A DNA stretch of 64,000 bases from Leucoraja erinacea (Eukaryota). Below, in pieces: positions 24,980 through 34,872 of the stretch. The notes under the pieces were generated by a model that was not told where the DNA came from, searched no databases, and saw only the letters and a list, made by a program, of their open reading frames with translations. Each line of letters opens with the position of its first letter. Positions within the stretch are counted from its first letter, which is position 1. Both the position numbers and the translations under genes were made by a program. The stretch covers positions 16,182,001 through 16,246,000 of the forward strand of contig NC_073390.1 in NCBI RefSeq assembly GCF_028641065.1. Reading direction: 5' to 3'.

Positions 24980-25592
24980 TCTATATAATTAAAAGTCTCA
25001 TCTTGACCAATTCCTGTCTGCGCTGTATATTGATTTTAGAAAAAAATGCTACAGTGTATCGCTGTGATTTTTGGCCATCTTACTCACGTCAATGAAAATT
25101 TAAAAAATTAAAAAATTAAAAGTTTAAAAAACCTTGAGATCAGCTGATTGGTCCTCTCGCCTGTCAATCATCTAGATGAAGGTAACACCCCTTCCGGAGG
25201 GTGGGAGGGAGGTGGGGCAGGACTATAAAACCCCGGCTGCCTGGACGTGAGTCAGTCACTCTGCAAGATCGCGAGGGAGAGGCCACGACTGTCATTTTTA
25301 GCTGTGAACTGTGAGTCTGCAATGTACTTGCAATAAATGATTTGTTTGCCCTTAATGACAATGCCATGAGTTGTTTGGCCTGCTGCCCTGTCTGTGCTTG
25401 AAAGTGCAATGCTTTATTAGGTGTTCGTGAGTGTGAGCGAATGTGTGTGTGAGTGTGAGTGTGAGTGTGAGTGTGAGCGCGCATGTGTGTGTGTGTGTGC
25501 TTATGTGGGAATTGGTGGAGGGGTGGGATATCGTGTTGGGGGACCAGCCCTCCTGTGTGAAGCTGGGACCCAACGGGTCCCACTTAGTCTAG
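24980..25592 (+). mobile_element. Non-autonomous Helitron (same terminal family as 12335-13259)
   Basis: Host A | TCTATATAATTAAAAGTCT... ; hairpin TGGGACCC-AAC-GGGTCCCA (25564-25582); ...CTTAGTCTAG | host T. Internal (TG)/(GTGTGA) microsatellite. Confidence 0.87.
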
Positions 25593-26003
25593 TAATGGAT
25601 AAATTCTGCTATCCCAATCTGGTCTTAATCTTACAGCAATGGAGTTGACTTCTGACCACACTCTGAAATGGCCTAGCAATTAGGGGTAAATGCTTGCCAG
25701 GGACCTTGTGAAATTAGGGGTAAATGCTTGCCAGGCCAGGAACACTTCCACGGGTGCTCCATCACTCAGAGGCTGCTGCTGTCCTTTTATCGGTGTGCAA
25801 TAAAATTAAGGATGCACACTTAGTAGGGTTGACAACCCAAACTCCTTAGGATGACAAAAAAATGACATCCCTACCCCGGACAAATGTGAGATTCAGATCC
25901 ACAAACAAGGAGTCGAACACTGCTATTAGGAGATACAGACTTTTAGTCAGAGCTTTGTCTGTGATTTTGTGCAGCTTTCTACCCCGATGAGCTGCTAGGA
26001 ATA

Positions 26004-26625
26004 TTCAATCAATCAATCAATCAATCAACTTTAGGAGTTTTTAGTCTTTATTGTCATCTTGCAAAGCAACAATTGTACAGTGCAAAATGAGAAGACGTTT
26101 CCCAGGGAATACCGGAGCATCGCACATAAAAAAAACATTTCACACATAATAAAAAAATGAAAACAATCCAGTCCCTGATGAAACAGTACAAATAGTTAAA
26201 AAGTGCAGGTAAAACAGCAACATTAAAATACAGTAATACAGTAAAAACAGTCATAAAATGTCCAGGGCAGCTGATTTAAGTGGCCAGTGCCAGAGTTATT
26301 AAAATGTCAGTGCAAAGCAGCAAAATCAGGTGGAGTGACTGTTTAGCAGCCTCACAGCCTGTGGCAGTTAGCTGTTTAGCAGTCTGGTAGTCCGGGCTTT
26401 GATGCTATGGTATCTCTTGCCTGATGGCAGGAGATCCAGATGTGTGTGGAGGGGGTGCAGTTTGTCCTTAGCTATTCTCTGTGCTTTTTTCAGACAGCGG
26501 CTCTGGAACAGTTCTTGTACCGAGGGTAGGGAGACGCCAATGATCCTTTCTGCTCCCCTCACTACCCTCTGCAGAGCCTTCCTGTCTGAGCAGTTACAGT
26601 TGGGGTACCACGTGTTCATGCAGTA
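26004..26625 (-). mobile_element. Rex1/Babar-type LINE 3' fragment with (ATTG)n tail
   Basis: ORF 26368-26628 has ALQRVVRGAERIIG...HPLH...LLPSGKRY...RTTRLLNS, the conserved C-terminus of this clade. Similar decayed fragments lie at about 22100-22480, 28130-28487, 43124-43520 and 53220-53990. Confidence 0.8.
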
Positions 26626-27324
26626 CATTCATTCAGTTAGGATTGACTGTTTTATTTAGATTTGGGTATCAGGCAGGAAAGTAGATTAGATATGAATCAT
26701 CTGTCATCTTTGTGCCTGAGGAGCAGTGATGTTCACTCTTGTTTCAAGTTCTTTCATCTGTGTAATGTAAACTTGATTCAGGTTAATTTGTTGAAATATC
26801 AGACAGTAATTTAAGGCTTTGTGGAAAACCCTCTCTGCAATTTGTTGATTTCTATAACCCAATTCCCCCTGCAGTGATGTTGTTATTTCAGCGGCTTTAT
26901 CAAGAGTACAAGATTAAGATAGATACTCAAAGAGGGAGATCATTGTAATTCTGTGTGGACCCTGGATAGAAGATTGAGTGCAAAACTCACACACACTGTT
27001 CCTGAAATACATTACAAGCTATTTTAACTTCTAAGCCTCATTTAAATCGCTCATCCTGGAAGGAGCTTAGAGGGAGGATTATGTGGCATGATAATTTACC
27101 TGATGGGAGGGCAGGGCCGGACAGAGGGAGTGTTGGCTCAGTCAGTCTCTCATTCAGGAAGTAGAAACAAGAAACTGCAGGTGCTGGTTCACACAAAAGG
27201 ACGCGGAGTGATGGAGTAACTCAACAGGTCATGCAGCATATCTGGAGAACACGGATAGGTGACGTTTCTGGTCGGGACTCTTCTTCAGATTCCCACCCTT
27301 GCATTACTCCTCATAACCCTCTCA

Positions 27325-27334
27325 GCCCCCCCCC

Positions 27335-27373
<39 letters not shown>
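27325..27373. repeat. Poly(C) tract
   Basis: About 48-nt C run with one A interruption. The length may be a sequencing or assembly artefact. Confidence 0.9.
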
Positions 27374-28487
27374 AGCAGTACCTCTCCTGAGCTTCCCTCC
27401 ACCTCTCTGAGCCCAGCCCTCACCCCAGTTTTGTTTTCATGATCCCCCCTGAGATTTCTCTTTCAGATGCAGAACGGTCGGTCCTCAAGAGCCCTTACCT
27501 TTGCCCCTCTACCCCTACCTCAACGAATTCCAGGCCCGCCATGATGTACAACTCTCTTTCCTCATATACATCTTCAGGCCTTTTTCGATGGAAAGGTCCT
27601 CGCCTCAGCTTTGATGACCTCTTCTGACATTCCCCCTCCTCTTTTGGACCCCCCCTCACCCCTGATGGCCTTCTACCATGTCTGGACCTTTTATAAAATA
27701 TTAATCTGAAGCAGGGACCTGACACAAAACGTTACCTCTCCATGTTTTCAGGAGATGCTGCCTGATCCATTTACTTACTCCAGCACTTGCAATCAGGAAG
27801 AACAGCGATGCCAATAGCTACATCTCATCCCGACATTGCTTGATGCTGAATAAAAGTAAAGGATTTTCAATTGTTGAAGGATGGTCGTAAGGCAAATAGC
27901 AGGGAAATCAAGTTAGAAATATAATGTACTCTCTGTTCAGCACTAGGCCAGAGATCTGTCAGGATTGATGGTCAAGTTAACTAACTGCTATTAAATGTTA
28001 TATTGGCTTCTATGGTAGTGAATACAATTTAAAAAAAAAAAAGTCAACGAGTTTTCACCACTGATGGGCTGATTTAGGTTGATTGGTTAAAATTTATTTC
28101 TAAGTTCCTAATCTAGCCTTAAACTCATACTGCCTCAGCAAGGCCACCAGCATAATCAAGGACAAGTTGTACCCTGCCACTCCCTTTTCTCCCCTCTCCC
28201 ATCGGGCAAAGGGTGTAGAAATGTGAAAACGCACAACTTCATATTCAGGGTTTCTACCCAGCTGTTATCAAGCAACTGAACCATGCTACCAACAACTAGA
28301 GAGCGGTCCTGCACTACTACCTACCTAATTGGAGACCCTTGGACTATCTTCAGCCTTTACTGGCTTCATCGTGCACTATACATTATTCACGTTATTCCCT
28401 TGATCATGTATCTGTACATTCTGGATGGCTCGATTATCATCATGTATTATCTTTCTGCTGACTAGTTAGCACGCAACTAAAGCTTTT

Positions 28488-29047
28488 GAATTGAATTGTA
28501 TACTTTATTGTCACATGGGACAAGTCACAGTGAAATTCTTTGCTTGTATACCCAAGGTATGCAAATAGTCGCCCATAAAGGGCGCTTACAACGTTACAAA
28601 TTCCCCACCCACGCCAGTTCCCTCTTTGGTCTTCCCCCTCTACCCCCTCCCTCACGGCAGTTCCCACACACTGGATCCCCATTGTCCATTGTTCTTTTGC
28701 CCTCCCCCTCGGCGGTCCTCCCACGCCAAGTCCCCGTTGCTCTCCCCCCTTCCTCATGGCGGTCCCCTCACCCCGTGTCCTACTTTGTTCCTTCCCTTGG
28801 CAGCGGCATCCTCACTTCCACGTGTCCGTCACCATCATCGACGCCGCATCGACCTCTCCATTAATGTTATCGGGGCCTGTCCGTACTCCTCTGTGACGTC
28901 CACCTAGGCACCAGCTATGGGCTTCATCGACCCGCGAGGCTCCACCACCGACTAGCTAGGTACCGGCCCGCATGGCCTGGGCTCCAGCCCGCGAGGCCAA
29001 GGCCGCGAGGCACCGGCCTTGGCTTCTCAGCGGCACCGCCGGAACTT
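28488..29047 (-). mobile_element. GC-rich non-coding interspersed element with a GTGACAATAAA...(CAATT)n-type tail, inserted in a Rex1-like 3' UTR
   Basis: It interrupts ...CTAAAGCTTT | CGGTATACGTGACAATAAACTAAAC, which is contiguous in the adjacent similar tail at 29140-29236. CpG-rich 5' part. Confidence 0.55.
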
Positions 29048-30288
29048 CGGTATACGTGACAATAAACTAAACTCATTTCAACACGCCTTGATAATTGGTG
29101 ACGTGTGGGAAGTCTGTGTGGGCTTTAGGTGGTGACAATCGATTGTAATCATGTATTGTCTTTCCGCTGACTGGTTAGCATGCAATAAAAGTTTTCACTG
29201 TACCTTGGTGCACATGACAATAATCTAAACTAAACTACCTTCAGGAAAGTATGGGAAATACTAAATTCACAGAATCAGGATAGGAGAGAGGTGTGGACTG
29301 ATTACCATGCTATATACAAAAAGCAGAAGGTATAAAAACCCATCAAAAAGCAGGAGATAACTGGTGCCAATCATTATGGCCTGGAAACAGTAGGAAACAA
29401 TAGGGTTTAAGAAGGGAAACAATGGAGTTCAGAATCAAATACGATTTGTAGTGAGTTACTGGAATCCTAAATTATATCTGTAAATTATCTCCGTAGTGTA
29501 TGTTCTGACAATGAAGTTTATTGAATTTCTAACAAGTAGTTGTAAAAAGTGCCTTTCTTTTAGTACTGAATACTGAATAAATACCGCTATTTAAATCTAC
29601 AGTATTTTATCCAAAGAAACTGGCTGAGCAAAATAATAATAGCTACATCTCATCGCTAACCCATTAACTTTGAGCTTCAATTCTAAACATTCGAATTCTA
29701 AAGGGGGAGCCTGCGTGTTTTGTAACTTTGTCAGTGCGTATACATCGTGTATTCAAGCAAAGAATCTCACTGTGCTTTGTCACATGTGACAATAAAGTAT
29801 TCCTATTCCTATAGTTCTTCGTAAACTCTGCAGTAAGCTTGCACAGATCTGCAAAGAACTAGAGTGAAAGATGCATGGTGAGGAACATAGGATATCAATT
29901 ACATTTGTTTACTTATCATATCTGAACACACTAGAATGAATAGTATATGCAATAAAATAATATACAATAAATCTTGATGCAAAAGTTGATGCCCATTAAA
30001 CACAAAAAGTGGAATACAGAACAATACAGCACAGAAACAGGCCCTTTAGACCATGATGTCCATGCCAAACTCGATGTCAAATCAGCATCTCCTCAGCATG
30101 CACATCCTTCAATTCCCTGCATTTCCTAGTGCCTCTCTAAAAGCCTCTTAAATGCCACTATCGTAGCTGCCTCTCCCACCAGTCCTGGCAGCATGTTCCA
30201 GGCACCCACCACATCCCCTGTAAAAAACTTGCCCTACACATCTCCTTTAAACTTTCCCCAACTCATCTTAAAGCTATGCCCTTTAATC

Positions 30289-30577
30289 TTTAGAGATAAA
30301 GCAGGGAAAGAGTCCCTTCGGCCCACCATGTCTGTCCCGACCTGCGTTTCCCCCGTACACTAACACTATCCTACACACTAGAGACAATTTACAATTTTAC
30401 CAACGCCAATTAATCTGCTCGTCTTTGGAGTGTGGGAGGAAACCGGAGCACCCGGAGAGAACCGACGTGGTCACAGGGAGAACCTACAGACAGAGTCCAT
30501 ACAGCCAGTACCCGTAGTCAGGATCGAGCCTGGGTCCCTGGCACTGTAAGGCAGCAACTCTACCGCTGCACCACTGC
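30289..30577 (-). mobile_element. V-SINE nested in a CR1 3' fragment (about 30015-30760)
   Basis: tRNA-like head at 30577 and a V domain. CR1 sequence continues on both sides. Confidence 0.8.
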
Positions 30578-32002
30578 AAATTTGTCTTTGACATTTTCAC
30601 CCTGCGACAGAGGTTCTGACTGTCTACCGTATCTATGTCTCTCATAATTTTATATACCGATCAGGTTACCCATCAGCCTCCAATATTCAGAGAAAACAAC
30701 CCAAGTTTGTCCAACCTCTTCTTACAGCCAATACCCTCGAATGCATGCAGCATTCTGGTACTGATTTATTGATAAAGAATTGGTTCCTTTAATTAACCTC
30801 TTAAAAACATGGAATGAAATTAAAACAAAGCAATGGTTCTTACTGCAGATAAGAAAATGGAACATGGATCATAACTGGAGTGTGAAGAAGGGTCCCGACC
30901 TGAAACATCATCTTTTTCCTCCAGAGATGCTGCCTGACCTGCTGACTTACTTCAGCACTTTGTGTCTATAACTGGAACAATGTTGTGCAACCTTGTTTAT
31001 TCGTGCACAAACATTCTCAAATTCTCAAGGGAATTCACCTTACTCTCATCTCATCCATCTTACAAGCACAGGGAGCTACTGGATTTTTTGATTATTAAAT
31101 TGAGGCTAATAGGTCGGCAGCTTCTCTCTCTTCCACATACCCACTGAGCTCCACATATGCTACTATTCCTGCTTTTGCCCCTAAAGCCCTTACTCCGCTA
31201 TCTTTAAGAGCCCTATCTAACTCTCTCTTGAAAGTATCCACAGAACCGGCCTCCACTGCCCTCTGAGACTGAGAATTTTACAGACTCACAACTCTCTGTG
31301 TGAAAAGTGTTTCCTCATCTCCGTTCTAAATGAAGAGAGAGTGCCGGAGTAACTTAGCGGGCCAGGCAGCATATCTGGACAGCATGGATAAATTAGGTTT
31401 CAGGTTGGGACCCTTCTTCTGATCCACAACGTCACCTATCCATGTTCTGCAGAGAGGCTGCCTGACCGGCTGAGGCACTTTGTATCTTTTTTTGTAAATC
31501 AACATCTAAAGTTCCTTGTTTATACTAGCATCTTTTTCCAGTAGTTTTACTCCTGTCTTCTCTTTTGTCCTCGTTAACATGCCTATTAAATTAATCACAT
31601 CTCCTGTCTTCCTTCTGAGGGAAGGAACGCAGACTTCCCAGTCTAGTGCATTAGTAACCTGACACATCAACGTGGATGACTGGCAACAGTTTGTCCTCAT
31701 TGCCACTCATTAGCATTTAGGGATGGATGATAAATGCTGGACTTACTAGCTAAGTCCACCTGCCATGAATAAAGTATTGTAATACATTTGTTGTCGCCAA
31801 TCTTCTTAGAAATAACCCTATCCCTCTGCCCTTGCAAACTCAACTGAACTCTATTGTCAAAAAATTAAGTTATCGCCCGATGAACCTCAATTTTCATCAA
31901 GTTGTCAAAAGTCAGCAAATGGTCAGGTTGAGCCTGTGACAGTACAGACACTTCAGGCTTCGATAAACATTGCATGGCAATTACTCCAAATGATTCATGT
32001 AC

Positions 32003-32193
32003 CTGAACCCAGTGTTTGCGTAGCTGACCTTCTGCCATCCACGCTCCTGAAGAAAAGGCTTTATTACTTTTTTATGAATATCTTTTGGAGCTCCGCCGGG
32101 AGTGGCCACAGTCATGTAAAACAAGTTGCTGTCTTCACCATGCTTCTGAGAGGATGTGATTTCATCCATTATTTCCTGAGTGCTGATATCCAT
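32003..32193 (-). CDS. Unidentified 131-aa protein, first coding exon
   Basis: Acceptor ttgatttccag| at 32213-32214, 19 nt of UTR, Kozak context CCGCCAACATGG. 63 codons MDISTQEIMDEITSSQKHGEDSNLFYMTVATPGGAPKDIHKKVIKPFLQERGWQKVSYANTGF + AG, then donor CAG|gtacat (phase 2). Non-repeat sequence. Confidence 0.72.
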
Positions 32194-32424
32194 GTTGGCG
32201 GATTAAATTATTCTGGAAATCAACGCAACAGTTGACACTCTGTGAAGGAGAACGTGAGTCATAAGATGCCAGATTTTAGCCTTCATCAAAATAACATGTT
32301 TTACATGAATCTTAAATAAGATCTGTTTGGGAAACTAACATATTTTTGACTACACACATATTTTTACAGCAAAATATGTCTTTTTGAAATGACAATTCTG
32401 ATCACTATCGTCATAGTCATTGTG

Positions 32425-33340
32425 TAATAGAGTTATACAGTGCTGAAACAGGGCCTTCAGCCCAACGTACCCAAGCCGACCAACATGCCTCAACTACACT
32501 AGTCCCACCTGCCTGCGATTGGCCCATACCCCTCTAAACTTCTCCCATCTATGTACCTGGCCAAATGTTTTATAAACATTGTGATAGTACCTGCCTCAAA
32601 TACCTCCTCCAGCAGCTCCATATACCTACAAACCTTTGTGTAAAAAAGTTGCCACTCGGGTTCTTATTAAATCTTTCCCCCCTCACCTTAAACCTATGTC
32701 CTATAACAATAACCATATAACCATATAACAATTACAGCACGGAAACAGGCCGTCTCGGCCCTACAAGTCCGTGCCGAACACTTATTTTCCCCTAGTCCCA
32801 TCTACCTGCACTCAGACCATAACCCTCCATTCCTTTCCCATCCATATACCTATCCAATTTATTTTTAAATGATAAAATCGAACCTGCCTCCACCACTTCC
32901 ACTGGAAGCTCATTCCACACAGCTAACACTCTCCGAGTAAAGAAGTTCCCCCTCACGTTACCCCTAAACTTCTGTCCCTTAATTCTGAAGTCATGTCCTC
33001 TTGTTTGAATCTTCCCTACTCTCAATGGGAAAAGCTTATCCACGTCAACTCTGTCTATGTCTCATGCATTCTGTGTGGAACCAAGAAACCATGCTGCAGT
33101 ACCTCTATGATATGACTAAAGACATCACTGGGCAAAGGAATTTAGGCTCTCATTCTTGATTCCCTTACTCTGGGTAAAAGATCAATTTACCCTATTTATT
33201 CCTCTCATGATCTTTTCCCCCTCTATAAGATCACATCTCCTCCTCCTGCACGCCAAGGGAAAAGTTCCAGCCTGCTCAACCTCTCCTTATAGCTCAGGCT
33301 CCTGAGTCATGGCAATATCCTCTTAAGTCTTCTCTGTACA
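32425..33340 (-). mobile_element. CR1 3' fragment with a second, younger CR1 fragment (about 32703-33058) nested in it
   Basis: ORF 32792-33043 is a CR1 ORF2 C-terminus (TRGH..., FFTRRV..WNELP) with its own (ATAACCAT)n tail on the plus strand. The outer element resumes after about 33150. Confidence 0.8.
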
Positions 33341-34058
33341 TTTGTTTCTTTTGTCAGGCTATAGATTTATAATGATTTTGAAATAGTGTAAGAATAAGGA
33401 TACAGGACACATTTTGAAGACAGCAGGATCTTCAAAATCAAGGAAGTTATACTAATGTTTTTCAAATCTCTGAGTATGCAGTACTGGACACAATATTTCA
33501 AGAAGAATAATAAAGACTTGCAGGGGATACAGAGGAGGTTTACCAGGATGGTGGCAGCTTTGGGGAAACTTAGTTATGTGGAGAAATAGGAAAAGTTGAG
33601 ATTTATTACCGAGAAAGCCACATGTTAAAGCAAGATGTATTGAGGCATCCAGAATTGTACGAAGGATCATCTATTTCCGCTGACAAATAGATATAAAATA
33701 ATCAGAAGAGTTAGTGTAGAAATTTCTCCACACAATGTTGGAAGGTATGGAATATTCCTGGAAAATGGTGGTGGAATCCAATGCTTTAAAAAAAAACTTC
33801 CAAATGCGCTTGAGAAGGCAAAGTTGAAGAGTTGAAGAGTGAGAGAAGAAATGGAAATAAAATAGGTCAAAATGGAATAGCTTGTTGAAAAGTCAGTTCA
33901 GGTGTAATGAACCAAATAGCTTACTCCTGCACCATAAAATTCAATGACTCAGTACTTTCCTTCAACATTTAAAATAAACGTTTGTGTCAGTGCAACTGTG
34001 GATTTCTATAAATTTCATTATTTGTCTTCTAGTACTACAGAGAGAATACACAAGGGAC

Positions 34059-34872
34059 CTGCTGTAGGCCTCACATTGCAGCGGCCTCTGCAGTCCGTTT
34101 GTCTTTTTGTTATTTTTTGTCCCGTTTTAATGTAGTTTTTATTTTTTTTTGATGGGGTATGTGTGTGTGGGGGGCAAACTTTTAAAATCTTTCCCCTGCA
34201 CGGAGAACCCGACCTTTTCCCTGTCGGGTCTCCGTTGTCGTTGGGGCTGCAATGTGGAGCGTCCTCCAGCAGGAACGTCCTGGGGCCCCAGTCACGGAGC
34301 TGCGGAGCTACTCACCATCATGGAGCTGGCCGTGTCCGGAGCGGGTGGAGCTGTGGTGGCGCGCTGCTGTGACCCGACCCCCGGAGATTCGGAGGCTTAC
34401 CGCAGGTCTGGCAGACAATAATATTGGGAGCCCGCGGGTCCCTGGTGGGAGACCGCTTTTTAAGGCTTCTGCAATGGCGACTTCACCCGCCCGAGTCGCG
34501 CGGTTGAGGATGACCTGGAGCGGGGCCTTACATCACCGCCCGGCGCGGCTTCAACGGTTGCGGGACTTTGCTAGAGCCCGCCGGGGACTCCAACAACAAG
34601 ACCCGGAGCGTGGCCTTGTATCGCCCGGCGTGGCTTTAATGGCCGCGGGACAATTGCCATCGCCCGCCGGGAGGGGAATGGGGAGTGCAGGGGAGAGATA
34701 AGTTTTTTTGCCTTCCATCACAGCGAGGAGGAGATGCGCTGTGATGGATGTCTGTGTAAATTGTGTTGTGTCTTGGGTCTTTTTTTTTCATGTGTGTATG
34801 ACTGCAGAAACAACATTTCATTTGAGCCTCTATGAGGTTCAAGTGACAAATAAATTGTATTGTGTATTGTGT
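34059..34872 (+). mobile_element. CpG-rich non-coding interspersed repeat (SINE-like, LINE-type tail)
   Basis: Sharp GC/CpG-rich block ending in GACAAATAAATTGTATTGTGTATTGT, resembling Rex1/L2-type tails. No credible ORF. Confidence 0.5.

Noticed and set aside
32020-32035. Alternative donor AAG|gtcagc in the novel gene's first coding exon
   Set aside because: It is phase 0, so joining to the 24514 acceptor hits a stop after 9 codons. Not favoured, though not excluded as a minor isoform.
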